A stretch of 64,000 nucleotides of DNA from the human T2T-CHM13v2.0 reference genome, Homo sapiens, in NCBI RefSeq assembly GCF_009914755.1, contig NC_060929.1; one strand, given 5' to 3'. Under the pieces are notes generated by a model. That model saw only the letters and a list, made by a program, of their open reading frames with translations, was not told the DNA's origin and ran no database searches. A program made the translations under genes and the position numbers. Of the stretch, positions 1 to 12,576 are shown one piece after another; within the stretch, counting starts at the first letter, position 1, and each line of letters opens with the position of its first letter.

Positions 1-311
1 GGAAACTAACTTTTCAGTCAGAATTGTGTAAGCTGAACAAATTGAGACCAAACAAAATGAATTTTTTCCTCGCAAATTGATGTGGATGATCTGCCGCTGC
101 GGAATTTATCTTCATTATCATCTAATTCCTTCTTCAAACAAATTATCTATTTGTAAATTGCTGATTTGGGGAAAAAGGATATTGTCCTCATAAGTTTTTC
201 ATAAAACATCAGTGATTTCACCATTCTTCCACTCAAGCTTCACCATAAACTGGATGTTTGTTCTTGCTTCAATTTTACCAGAATTCATGTTGTTCTAATA
301 GGGGCTCATTT
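1..311 (-). mobile_element. HSMAR2 mariner transposon, decayed transposase N-terminal part (continues beyond the window start)
   Basis: The reverse complement from ATG at 288 reads ATGAATTCTGGTAAAATTGAAGCAAGAACAAAC (MNSGKIEARTN), matching the HSMAR2 transposase start, and further on GCAGCGGCAGATCATCCACATCAATTTGCGAGG (SGRPSTSICEE-like). Confidence 0.9.
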
Positions 312-671
312 CTTTCTTTCCTTCTTTTTTTTTTTTTTTTAAGTATCTTAGACACCTTCTTTCTCTTACTTTTAATTTTTAGTTTGTAGTAGGAGGAATA
401 ATTTCCTTTTTTCATGGTTGTTGTATTTTTTCTTTTCCTTACCTAGGTCCTCTGTAAATTTTGACTCAAATGTGATAAAGTTTCACTGGTAATTATGCAG
501 CTTGTTTCAAATTTTTGATAAATTTTGTTTACCAGATTGAGGAGGTTCTCTAGTTCTAATTTAATAAGAGAAACATAAGCAAATGTGAAATTTTTTCAAA
601 TACTGTTTCTGCAACTTTTGATGTGTTTATTTTTTTCTGTTATAATTTGTCATTGCAGTGAATTACATTGA

Positions 672-1567
672 TTTCTTTTTAATATTTCAATAGCTTTTGG
701 GGAACAGGTGGCTTTTGATTGCATAGATAAGTTCTTTAGTGGTAATTTCTGACATTTTGATGCACCCATCACCCAAGCAGTGTACACTGTACCCAATGTC
801 TAGCCTTTTATCCCTTGCCCCCCTCCCACATTTCCCCTGAGTCCTCAAAGTCCATTATATCATTCTTATTCCTTGGCATCCTCATAGCTTAACTCCCACT
901 TATAATTGAGAACATATGATATTTAGTTTTCCATTTCTGAATTACTTTACTTAGAATAATGGTCACCAACTCCATCCAGGTTGCTGTGAATAACATTATT
1001 TCATTCTTTTTATGGCTGAGTAGTATTCCATGGTGTATACATACCACATTTTCTTTATCCACTCTTGGGTTGATGGGCATTTAGGCTGGTTCCATATTTT
1101 TGCAACTGCAAATTGTGCTGCTATAAACATGTGCAAGTGTCTTTTTCATATCATGATTTCTTTTCCTCTGGGTAGATACTCAGTAGTGGGATTGCTGGAT
1201 CAAATGATAGATCTACTTTTAATTATTTAAGGAATCTCCAAACTGTTTTCCATAGTGGTTATACTAGTTTACATTCCTACCAGCAGTGTAAAAGTGTTCC
1301 CTTTTCACCACATACACGCCAACATCTATTTTGTTTTATTGTTTAATTATGACCATTCTTGAAGGAGTAAGGTGGCATCTCATTGTGGCTTTCATTTGCA
1401 TTTCCCTGATCATTAGTGATGTTGAGCATTTTTTCATATGTTTGTTGGTCATTTGTATATCTTCTTTTGAGAATTGTCTATTCATGTTCTTAGCCCACTT
1501 TTTGATGGGATTGTTTGTTTTTTTCTTGATGATTTGTTTGAGTTCCTTGTAGATTCTGGATATAGTC
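672..1567 (-). mobile_element. 5'-truncated L1PB (L1PB1-like) 3' end, inserted in HSMAR2
   Basis: L1PB-type 3'UTR TTTCAATAGCTTTTGGGGAACAGGTGG...; ORF2 C-terminal peptides in ORFs 1336-1569 and 889-1080 (minus); degenerate TSD at 297-311 and 1569-1583. Confidence 0.85.
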
Positions 1568-1568
1568 A

Positions 1569-1884
1569 AATAGGGACTGTTTTTAATCTGATATTTTATT
1601 CTTCTTAGTGCCTCAAACTAGCTCCTGTTGAAACATGTTATAACAAGTTAGTACGAATTTATTTCGGTGCAAAAAATTGAAATTCATGCATAGTTTTTTC
1701 TGAAATGTATGAAAAATGAATCTGCTCTTGTCTGAGCAGATTTGTCATACATTTGACAAGGTCTGCTCTTGTCTGAGCAGATTTGTCATACATTTGACAA
1801 TGTATGAGAAATGTCATACATTTCTGAAATGTATGAAAAATGAATCATCATACATTTTTGATGAACTTTGTGAAGATCCCTATA
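1569..1884 (-). mobile_element. HSMAR2 5' end with terminal inverted repeat
   Basis: CTTCTTAGTGCCTCAAACTAG...GTTATAACAAGTTAGTACGA...ATGAACTTTGTGAAGATCCCTATA matches the reverse complement of the HSMAR2 left end and ends in TA. Confidence 0.85.
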
Positions 1885-2156
1885 GAGTAATATGCACGTT
1901 ATTTAGCTTGATTTAGCCATTCCACAACGTATACATATTTCAAAACATCATTCTGTACAGAATAAATATTTACTCCGGTCATGGTGGTTCACACGTGTAA
2001 TCCCAGCACTGGCCAGATGGCCATTGGCTCATGCCTGTAATCCTAGCACTTTGGGAGGCTCAGGCAGGAGAATCACTTGAGATTAGGAGGTCAAGGCTAC
2101 AGTGAGCCATGATCACATCACTGAACTCCAGCCCAGGTGACAGAATAGACCCTGTC

Positions 2157-2201
<45 letters not shown>

Positions 2202-2230
2202 AATTTTTCTTTTGTCAATAAAAAATAATT
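1885..2230 (+). mobile_element. L1MA-type 3' terminal fragment interrupted by an Alu monomer
   Basis: TTAGCTTGATTTAGCCATTCCACAACGTATACATATTTCAAAACATCA...TTTGTCAATAAAAAA. Confidence 0.6.
1974..2200 (+). mobile_element. Old Alu monomer (FRAM/AluJ-like) with duplicated 5' end and (TCTA)n tail
   Basis: Alu motifs TGTAATCCCAGCACT (twice, the second as TGTAATCCTAGCACT) and CAGTGAGCCATGATC; TCTA repeat at about 2157-2200. Confidence 0.8.
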
Positions 2231-2643
2231 AATTTTTAAAATGTATCTCAATTATGGAGACAACTTTTCTAAAAAAAAAGAAAAGAAAAAAACCTCGACA
2301 CTTTGGCTAAGAAGAAATAAATCTCCATCTAGTGTTTAGTTTTTTAACAAGTTGAATTAACTCTGGAATTTCTCTTCTCTTTCAAGCCCTGTATCTCTTT
2401 AGCAAATACCCAGTAGGCACATTTTCTTGCCTTCAGGCTTCAAACAGGACTTATGTTGTGTCTCTACCAGTATTATTTGTTTCAGATGGGTGTTGTAGGG
2501 ATGGCGTATTTCTGTCATCTCTATTCTGTCCCATTGCTTGTTTCTATATATTTCTACCTCAGTTGTATGCATTGAAGCTTCAAAATATGTTTTATATCTG
2601 AGAGTAAAATCCTCATCATACTCTTCATTTTTCAAAATAATCT

Positions 2644-3975
2644 ATGCACATATACAACCATCTGATCTTTGACAATGCTGACAAAAACAAGCAAAGGGGA
2701 AAGGATTCTCTATTTAGTAAATGGTGCTGGGAGAACTGGCTAGCCATATGCACAAAATTGAAACTGGACCCTTTCCTTACAACTTATACAAAAATTAACT
2801 CAAGATGGATTAAAGACTTAAATGTAAAACCCAAATATAAAAAAGCCTAGAAGAAAATTTAGGCAATACCATTCAGGACACAGAAAAAGATTTCATGACA
2901 AAATCACCAAAAACAATTACAACAAAAGCCAAAACTGACAAATGGAATCTAATTAAACTAAAGAGCTTCTGCACAGCAAAAGAAACTATCATCAGAGTGA
3001 ACAGGCAACCTACAGAGTGGGAGAAAATTTTTGCAATCTACCCATCTGACAAATGGCTAATATCCAGAATCTACAAGGAACTTAAACAAATTTACAAGAA
3101 CAAAACAAACAACCACATTAAAAGGTGGGCAAAGAACATGAACCGACACTTCTCAAAAGAAGACATTCATGCAGCCAACAAACATATAAAAAATAGCTCA
3201 ACATCACTGATCATTAAAGCAATACAAATCAAAACCACAATGAGATATCATCTCACACCAGTCAGAATGGCAATTATTAAAAAGTCAGGAAACAACAGAT
3301 GCTGGCAAGGCTGCAGAGAAATAGGAACACTTTTACACTGTTGGTGGGAATGTAAATTATTTCAACCATTGTGGAAGATGGTGTGGTGATTCCTCAAAGA
3401 TCCAGAACTGGAAACATCATTTGACCCAGCAAGCCTATTACTGGGTATATACCCAAAGGAATATAAATCATTCTGTTACAAAAATACATGCACACATATG
3501 TTCATTGCAGCACTATTTGAAATAGCAAAGGCATGGAATCAACCCATGTGCCCATCAATGACAGGCTGGATAAAGAAAATGTGGTACATATACACCATGG
3601 AATACTATGCAGCCATAAAAAGGAATGAGATCATGTCCTTTATAGGGACGTGGATGGAGCTGGAAGCCATTATCCTCAGCAAACTATCACAAGAACAGAA
3701 AACCAAACACCACATATTCTCACTTATAAGTGGGAACTAAACAATGAGAACACATGGACAGTGGGAGGGGAACAACACACACTGAAGCCTGTTGGCAGGT
3801 GGGGTGAGAGGAGGCAGAGCATTAGGAAAAAAAGCTAATGCATGCTGGGCTCAGTATCTAGGTGATGTATTGATAGGTGCAGCAAACCACCATGGCACAT
3901 GTTTACCTTGTAACAAACCTGCACATCCCGCACATGTACCCCAGAACTTAAAATAAAAATAAAAATTAATAATAA
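2644..3975 (+). mobile_element. 5'-truncated L1PA (about L1PA10-13) ORF2 3' part and 3'UTR
   Basis: ORF2 peptides in ORFs 2644-2850, 2895-3389 and 3498-3740; 3'UTR GCTAATGCATGCTGGGCT...; A-rich tail at about 3950-3975. Confidence 0.9.
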
Positions 3976-4341
3976 TAACCTAAATCATTTGGCCTATTTT
4001 TTCTATTAAATATATTTTATTAAAATTTAACGTTTTTAATTAAATTAAAAATATTCCTCACTGTAACTTTTTTGAAGTGACATTAAACTTCTAAATTAAC
4101 TCTGATTCATATGTCTCAGGACTTAGTATGCTTCTTCACTTTTTTGAATATTATTTTATTTTGCAATAAATTTTATTACTTTTCTTTAATAAAAATAATA
4201 TTAATGATAGAAAAGTTTAGAAAGTACAAAAATATATATAACATCATACTCTTAATAGGCCATAATATCAATTATTTCCAATTTTTAAATTTACATAAAT
4301 TTTTTATATTTTTAGTCAGTTTTAAATCACTTGATTTAATT

Positions 4342-4636
4342 ACAGTAGGTCCTCTGTATATGCAGATCAAAAATGTTCCCCAAAATCAATAAAAATAACA
4401 ATACAATAATAAAAAATAATACAAATGAAAAAACAATGTAGTATAATAACTACATGGCATTTACATTATACGGCTTTAGGTATTATAAGTAATCTAGAGG
4501 TGATTTAAAGTATATGGAAGGATGTGTACATGCAAATACTATGTCATTTTATATAAGAGACTTGAGAATTCATGGATTTTGATATCCTCAGGGGACAGGG
4601 ACTTCCTATCTCCGCCAGATACCAAGCAACCACTGT
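4342..4636. mobile_element. MER2-family (Tigger-derived) non-autonomous DNA transposon
   Basis: CAGTAGGTCCTCTGTAT...TATTATAAGTAATCTAGAGGTGATTTAAAGTAT...GATACCAAGCAACCACTG. Confidence 0.75.
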
Positions 4637-4751
4637 GTTGCTAATTTCATTAGTGTTTGCAAATTCCCTTAAGTTTTCTAGGTGTCCAATCTTATTATCT
4701 AAAAATATTGATAATTATAGTCCCAGGTTTACCTCCACTTTTGTTCCATGT

Positions 4752-5200
4752 TGTGGTAGATAAAATAATGGCATCCCAAAGATGTAAATTCTGAATATAT
4801 TGTTACATGACAAAAGGGAATTAAGGCTGCTAATCAGTTTACCTTGAAATAAGGAGATAGCCCTGATTGCTCCAATCTAATCACATTAGTCCCTAAAAGC
4901 AGAACCCTTCTCAGCTTCAAAGAGACAGAAGATCAGAGATGAGACATTGGAAGGACTAAATGAGACATTGTTAGCTTTGGAGAAGAAAGAAACCATGAAC
5001 CAAGAAATGTCGGTGGCCTCCGAAACCTGAAAAAGACTTCCCTAGTGCCTCCAGAAGGAAATGCAGCCCTGCCGCCACCTTGATTTGAATCCACTAAGAT
5101 CCCTGTTAGACTTCTGATCTACAGAACTGTGAGATAAATTTATGCTGTTTTATGCCACTAGTTTCATGATAATTTATTACAGCAGCAATAGAAAAATGCA
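4752..5200 (+). mobile_element. MLT1 (MLT1D-like) MaLR solo LTR
   Basis: TGTGGTAGATAAAATAATGGC start; CAGCCCTGCCGCCACCTTGATT; AGAACTGTGAGATAAATTT...ACAGCAGCAATAGAAAA end. Confidence 0.75.
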
Positions 5201-6054
5201 TGTTTTCTTATATTGACCTGAACAATGTTAAATAATAATGCAAATTTTGGGTGGAGAAAGAGACATTTAGGTTGAAAAGACAAATGAGGCTGCCCTGTCT
5301 CAACAACAAATGATTTAGAAATTTTCTTCTACTTCATTAGATTAAATTAATGTTCTAATTTATTATAGTGTTACTAATCTGGTTTCTAATGATACATTTC
5401 AATGCTTCATATTTCACTTTTCTGATTTTCTTTATCTGTATTTATTAATTTTTTGAAGTATCATTTTCAAAGGATTGGTATTTTCTCTAATGGTTTCTTA
5501 TTTGAAATGCAGTCTCCTTAAAGTACTGGCACCCTCTGCTACTTTTGCTAGCATTTCTCCCATATATGCTGTGACAAAATTCAAGCCTTATGTGTATATT
5601 TTTATTGTCATCTTTGAACATTTCTCACATTTCAACTATATTGCTAAGGATAGAATCTATCAGCTGAATCAATAGACAATGATCTTGCCCCATTCTTCTT
5701 AATTTCTTTCCCTAAAGGCCCACTAGTCATAGATTGAGTATCAGCTGTTGTCTTTCCAGCAGCCCTTCCCCCTTTTTTTTACTAACAGCACACTGCAGTT
5801 AGATTGTAAATCGTAGTACCCTGCCCCTTCCAAACTAATAGATAGCAAATAACCAAGATTCTCCCTCTCCTGGTAATCCGAAACCTGAATAGAATGTTTA
5901 GATGGTCTTGAAATCGTCAACAGCACTCAAAAGAAACTGTCTCTAAGTTTCTGATTGAGATGCCCCAAGCTGCTATAGTTTATTAATTTCTGAGACCTTG
6001 TTATCCGGTTTTTCCTTCAATTGTGTAATCTAAGCAGTATCTTCCTTTAAATGT

Positions 6055-6346
6055 CTTTATTTATTTATTTTTATTTTTTATTTTTTTGAGACTGGGTCTT
6101 GCTCTGTCACCCTACCTGGAGTTACAGAGCAGCAGCCTCAATCTCCAGGGCTCAAGTAATCTTTCCACTTCCACTGAGTAGCCAGGACTACAGACATGTG
6201 CTATCATCCCTGAAAATTGTGTGTGTGTGTTGACGGGGGGTGGCGAGGTGGGGGGAGATGGGGTCTCACCATGTTTTCCAGGCTGGTCTTGAACTCCTGG
6301 TCTCAAGCAATCCCTCTGCCTCAGCCTCCCAAATTTCTGGGATTAT
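6055..6346 (-). mobile_element. AluJ
   Basis: T-rich tail followed by GAGACTGGGTCTTGCTCTGTCACC...CCTCAGCCTCCCAAA. Confidence 0.85.
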
Positions 6347-7699
6347 GACCAGTGTCAGTTTCTAATGTTTTCAACCAAAGACTTTGAACTGATTGATTCA
6401 CAGGGGATGGTGGTCAAGATGGCATGTATCGTCATCTATTTCTGTGGATTCAATGCAAAAGTGTTTCTTTGTGTGCTATCTTAGTTAAGAATCATTTGGT
6501 TGTACTGTAAGAATGGGGATAACAAGAGGAAAGAGAAAAAGAACAATTTTCAGAAGAATCTCCCTAGTTACTCCAATGCTGCCAATGTTCCTTCCAATTA
6601 ACTCCTGTTCTCTCTCAGCTAAGAGACAGCAAAATGGAGGCTGGAAAGAGATAGTGTACCTTTTGCTCCCTACTTGGCAGTAGAGTGTCAACAAACCTCT
6701 TTCCCAAGTCAACCCTATGTAACTTTTTAATGAAATTAAAGGCTCTAGCAACCATGTGTCTGTGTCAATTCTTTCCAGTCCTCGACTTCTGGGTGGTGAC
6801 ATGTAAATGAGGATGAGTTTCATATAACGTGGCTGAATATTCTATACATCAAAGTAGGGCAACATGGCCAATGGCAAGAATATGAGTGGCAATGGGGACC
6901 ACCCTTGGAGAGAAAGCCAGAATGTTACCTTTGTGTCAGTCATGCTAAGTGATAAACATTAGCAAATAAATGAGGTTGCATAGTGGACATATTTGTTTTG
7001 AGAGTTTTGGCTTTAAACCGTTAAAACACTCAATACCTTGCCCCCTCCTTAAAAAATGAACATTTATAAATCTGAGTTTTCCCTATCTCTTTTACTGATA
7101 TTAATACATAAGAAACAAACTTCAAAGCCCAAATACCCATGCATACAACTCCATTTATCCTGAAGGGAGAATAAAAGAACTTTTTGAAAAGTTACTCAGG
7201 CATAGCTAAAGCTCTGAAAAAAAGTGGGAATACCAAGCCACGAGAATGTCTGAAACCAGGATAGCTCAGAGAAAGTGAGTAGCAGGAGTTTATGCACTTT
7301 CCCTGTATAGTTCTACCTTGAATTTAACTTATTTCACAAAACTAGAAATTTACATTTGTGAGAAATGGATGTGCAAAGGCTTTAGAATAACAAGAAACAG
7401 TAGAATTTTGGGGAGCCAGAACAAACCCTGACCACAGAACCTTCAGAGCTACATTTTCTAGTCTCAATGTAGCACTTCTTTCCTTCCTTGTATTTCTTTT
7501 TTTATGTGACCTCCATTATTATTTAAGTTTCATCCTCTGTCTTTTGTTAGTCTCTATTTCTTTGACCATTTGATTGCATTCTGTAATTTTGAAAATTGAC
7601 TATTTTAAAATCTTTCATTTAACCTTTTCTCTTAAAACTTTTTTCATACCTTAAATTACTTCATTCTTCAGAATTTCAAAAGTTAAAAAGGATCAATGG

Positions 7700-8420
7700 T
7701 TATCCTCTCTGGCTTTAGCTTTCTTTTATTTATATAGTACATGAAGTGTAAAAGCAAATTACAAAATCTATAGTGAGCACATCTTGTTTTTGAAAAAAAT
7801 AATGTATATATAATATATGTATACACCAGGGTCTAGATCTAACTAGCAATTTGCAGAAAATATAAAGGATGAGGGAAGAGAGTAAGTCAAATCACACCAC
7901 AAAAAAAGCAATCAGCCCAATCCAAGAGAGGGAAATTCTTCAAGAGAATAGACCAAATTTCCTCAACAATAAACATCATAAATGTAGGCAGAGGGAGAAG
8001 CAATTATACACTTAAAAAACTGATTTGTAACCATCCTTATAGATACTTAATTTAGGGAAACACACACACACACACACAAATAAACTGGTAAAAGACATTT
8101 TTGAGACAATCAGAGAAATTGCATTAAGGAATAATTGTTAACATTTTTGGGTGTGATAATGACATTATGATTACATTTTTAAAAAAACCTGTTGGAGATA
8201 TGCACTGAAGTACTTTCTGATAAAATACTGTGATTGATATTATGGTTAATATTATGATTGATATTAGTACCACTTTGGCAAACTGTGTGTATTGGAGGTG
8301 GTAGGACAATCAATGACAAGATTGATGGAGTGTCAATAATTTTGGACATGAATGATGGGTTCAAGGGGAGTCATTAAACTCTACTTTTGTAGATATGTTT
8401 AAATTTCCATTGTTAAGTCT
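7700..8420 (+). mobile_element. Ancient L1MC/L1ME 3' fragment
   Basis: AGCAATCAGCCCAATCCAAG...GGAAATTCTT; ACATTTTTGAGACAATCAG; ATTAAGGAATAATTGTTAACATTTTTGGGTGTGATAATG. Confidence 0.55.
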
Positions 8421-9014
8421 GATGAGTTTATAGGTGGTTTGTGTTTCCCTTTCAGTATTTTCTAACTTTTTGCTGTAAACTTCCTTGTGTAACAAGGAAA
8501 GTTTTAAAATGTTAAAGGTATGTCCTATATTTTAAATGTATTCCCATTTTGAACAAGAATTTGTTCATATGCTACTGCCATTTTTAAAGTTTTGAGAAAT
8601 GAATGTTGACACGATCAGAAAAAGGTGACATATTTCATCACAAGGCAGTTTTGAATTTCAACCGAGATAACATTTCTGAAAATATAGTATAGCCCTCATA
8701 GTCTTATCCAAGTGCACTGTTATTTGCTAGTAACTTGCTTCTTGCTTTTCTTTTCATTCTTTTCTGTTTGTTTTTCTTCTGTTAACAGTCCAGACTGTTA
8801 GCACATACATATAAGTATAGGAGTTTCCACCTTACATTCTATCATACTGGTTACTATTATTTGGCTTCAGAAGTTTTGTTTACTTCTGCTTCTGTTATCC
8901 TTTCCCTGGGATATAATTATAATTTCCTTTGAATAACTGCTATAACAGAAATTAGCCTCAGATAACTCTTCATATTTCTCCTAAGAGTACATCTATTTCT
9001 ATTAGAAATGTCTT

Positions 9015-9323
9015 GGTCAGGTGTAGTGACTAACACATGTAATACAAGCACTTTGGGAGGCTGAGGCAGGTGGATTGCTTGAGCCCAGGAATTTGAGACT
9101 AGCCTGGGTAACATAGGGAAACTCTGTCTCTACCAAAAAATAAAATAAAAAATTAGCCAGGCGTGGTGATGCATGACTGTGGTCCCGGCTACCCAGGAGG
9201 CTGAGATGGGAGGATCACTTGAACCCAAGAGAACAAGGCTGCAGTGAGCCAAGATCACAGCCTGAGACAGAGCAAGACCCTGCCTGTCTCAAAAAAAAAA
9301 AAGAAAAAAAAAGAAAGAAAGAA
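9015..9323 (+). mobile_element. AluJ
   Basis: Dimeric Alu with GGATTGCTTGAGCCCAGGA and an A/GAAA tail. Confidence 0.9.
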
Positions 9324-9413
9324 ATTCTAATGTTATGGTCTCAAGAGAAAGCATCACCTTCTTGAAAGGTAAATGTAAGCACCTTGGCACGTGGAAAATA
9401 TTGAGGTTAATAA

Positions 9414-10144
9414 TGTAACCGCCCAATGGGTGGGTTCACCTTGCCCGCTGCCTAGATAGAACTTACTTATCAAGACAGAGGAATTGCAATGGAGAAAGAG
9501 TAATTCACACAGAGCGGGCTGTGCGGGAGACCCGAGATTTATTTTTACTCAAATCAGTCTCCCCGAGCATTCAAGGATCAGAGATTTTAAAGATAATTTG
9601 GCAGGTAGGGGCTTGGGAAGTGGGGAGTGCTGTTTGGTCAGGTTGGAGATGGAATCATAGGTGGTGGGGGGCGGGCAGGGAGGGGAGGTTTTCTTGCTGT
9701 CTTCTGTTCCTGGGTGCGATGGCAGAACTGGTTGGGCCAGATTACCGGTCTGGGTGGTGTCAGCTGATCCACTGAGTGCAGGGTCTGCAAAATATCTCAA
9801 GCACTGATCTTAGGTTTTACAATAGTGATGTTACGCCCTGGAGCAATTTGGGAAGGTTGAGACTCTTGGAGCCACAGGCTGCCTGACCCCTAAATTGTAA
9901 TTTCTAATCTTGTAGCTAATTTGTTAGCTGTGAAGGCAGATTGGACCCTCGGCATGAACGGGGTCTTTTTGGGAATGGGGTGTTATCAATTTTGTTTCAG
10001 AGTCAAACCATGAACTGAATTCCTTCCCAAAGTTAGTTCGATCTATGCCCAGGAATGAACAAGGACAGCAAGATAGAGTCAATTAGGTCTGATTTCTTTC
10101 ACTGTCATAATTTCCTCAGTTATAATTTTGCAAAGACAGTTTCA
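9414..10144 (-). mobile_element. LTR8 solo LTR (ERV1 class)
   Basis: Ends TGTAACCGCCCAATGGG... and ...ATAATTTTGCAAAGACAGTTTCA match LTR8 termini; 4-bp TSD ATAA at 9410-9413 and 10145-10148. Confidence 0.9.
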
Positions 10145-11849
10145 ATAAGAGTGATAATAATAATTTCCTTTCTCCTACACTCTCTTCAATTTCTCTCTTT
10201 CTGCCGCTTCGTCTTGTCTCAGGTCCTATTATTATTGCTGTGCTCCTGTGCTGCTGTTCTTCCTGGCTGTATGGCCTATTACACTGGGTCTGTGAACCCC
10301 AGGTCTTTGATCACTTTTCTCTGCTGATTATTCATATACTCTTTTCTTCTCTCTGCCTTTCCACTGATGGACTTAGACACAATCTCTTTCCCAAAAAAGA
10401 GCTATATTTAGCTACTTTTCTTTTGCATATTGTTCCATTTGCAGCCACGCTATTTCTCTTCCCCCACACCACCCCTATCACCAGGAATCCATTTTCCTTA
10501 TTTTCTTTTTAATATTGGGAGCCTCTGCTCACTGCACTGCATAGTCCTTGGGGCTTTTTTTAAACTTTATTTTTAACAATCATTTGAGCAGAAAGTAGCC
10601 AATTCAGTTCTTTAATTTCCCATTTTATTCTTGGTTTGAAACTGACCTGATTGTGTCCCTCTCACTTTTGTTATGACCAGTTACTTAAAAGCCATACAGC
10701 CCACAAGGTACCCTTGGGTATAAATCCAACTTCTTCATTTTAATGGTGAGAAACCAAAAGCCCATGTTTCCTGATTTCTGGCCCAGCACTGGAACTTGTT
10801 TTCATGGCACATCAATTCATCATACATTTTAATAGTGATATTTTATATTTGCATAATTTTGTTGCCTTTGCAATGGGCCTTCACATCTATCTTCTCATGT
10901 GTATATAGTTTAAAGGCCATTTTTACCCACTATCTCCTAATCATATCTACCACAGCCTTAGGAAATGTCTGCTCTATTATTTCACTTGCCTGTCTGGGAT
11001 CTTGGGCAACAGCATAGAATCCTGCACTGTGTTTTCCCTCACGCTATCCCACTCTCTGCAGAACAAATTTTTTTACATGCCTTATTATCATGGTATTATT
11101 GGCCTTCAGTCCTGTATAGAAGCATTAAAAATTGCATAATGTATATCCTTTTAAAATATTATCCTAAGAAGCATCATTTGAAGTAAAAGAGAGTTAGATG
11201 AATAAAGAAAGAATATAGTTTCTCCTAAACAAACCCACCAAGAAAATCATGAAAAGAATTATGAGAACTATGAAAATGAAGGGGGTATACTTTGTCAACA
11301 AAAGCAAAATAACCAAGCTACTCTTAGACATAATCTCACATTATCTTTCTGTAGTTCTCTAGCATTTTCTAAGCCTTTTCACACACTGTTATCTCTTCTT
11401 TTCTTTCTCCTTCTAGAAATTAATTATGACTTTTCCTTTCAAAAATGAAGCACTTTTTTTTTTTTACTCTTTACATTTTTTCCTGAGACCATATGTCAAA
11501 GGGAAGGCAAGGAACAACTTTGGTGTGGTAATAGCCAAAGTTCTCCAGGTCTGCTCCTCAAGCTTGCAAAGTCAAGACTGGCAGAAGTGGTGATTTTTAC
11601 CTGGGTATCCTGAGAACCTTGCACAGTCCTTACCACATGCAAGTGTTCAGAGTGTGAAAATAAACGAAGAAATGTGAGATTGTGATGATATTTTCATGGC
11701 ATGCTTTTTTTTCCACACTTCCTCGTGCAGCCCAACATCCTCTACAGTGTGTTGTTCTACCCGTTTAAGTGATTCACCACTTCTCCATTAAGCCAACTTA
11801 AACCATGTTGCCTTCAACTCAACATTGATTGATCCTCAATACAGTCCTC

Positions 11850-12010
11850 TAGAGAGGCAAGAAAACTTACAAATGAAGTGGTAAAGAAAGAGATTAAGCA
11901 ATTTGCCCCAAATCTTATAACCACTAGGTGATAAATCTTCAACTAGGACTTAAATATCTGGCTGAGAATTCAGTGTTCTTTTCATTTAAATCACATTGCT
12001 TCACAAAAAT
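11850..12010 (-). mobile_element. MIR fragment
   Basis: AGAGATTAAGCAATTTGCCCAAATC core-like sequence. Confidence 0.5.
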
Positions 12011-12446
12011 AGATCCGCAGGAAGAATAAAAATGTCCAAAGTGCAATGAGACAGAGAAGATAATATGGAGACAGACATATTGCACAGAAAGCATTTGACC
12101 ATATGTCTGCCTGGTCCCCTTCATGTGTTTTGTTCATAACTTACTTTACTCGGGCAGCAGGAGATAGCATAACAACTGTCAGAGTGAATTTAGGCCACAG
12201 TTTTGTGTTGCTGAATGTGTTGAGTCATTTCCCTTAGTTCACATTTCTACCTAACTTTATCTTTTAAGTCATCATCATGGCTTTAATCTCTTCTTTATTT
12301 TGACTGTTAAAATTTTGTAGCCATTATCCAAATAAAATATTTATTTTCACTCATGAGTCCCTAATCTTTCCCCAATGGAATTAGCTATTTATTTGATGCA
12401 ATAGCTAGACCAGTAGGGTTAAAAATGCTTTTATAAAGACATTAAT

Positions 12447-12576
12447 AGCTGGGTATGGTGGTGTACACCTAGGGAGGCTATGGCAGGAAGATCACCTGAG
12501 TCCAGGAGTTTGAGGCCAACGCCTTCACAACATAATGAGATCCTGTCTTTAAAGTAAAAATTTAAAAATTAAAAGA
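12447..12576 (+). mobile_element. FLAM/Alu left monomer
   Basis: Single Alu monomer flanked by AAAGACATT direct repeats. Confidence 0.8.

Noticed and set aside
1697-1846. CRISPR-like repeat appearance
   Set aside because: Eukaryotic context, only two copies of each unit, no unique spacers and no cas genes; reported instead as a templated insertion.
8230-8268. 12-nt unit repeated about three times (INHN peptide repeat in ORF 8179-8364)
   Set aside because: Small slippage duplication inside an old L1 fragment; no coding support.
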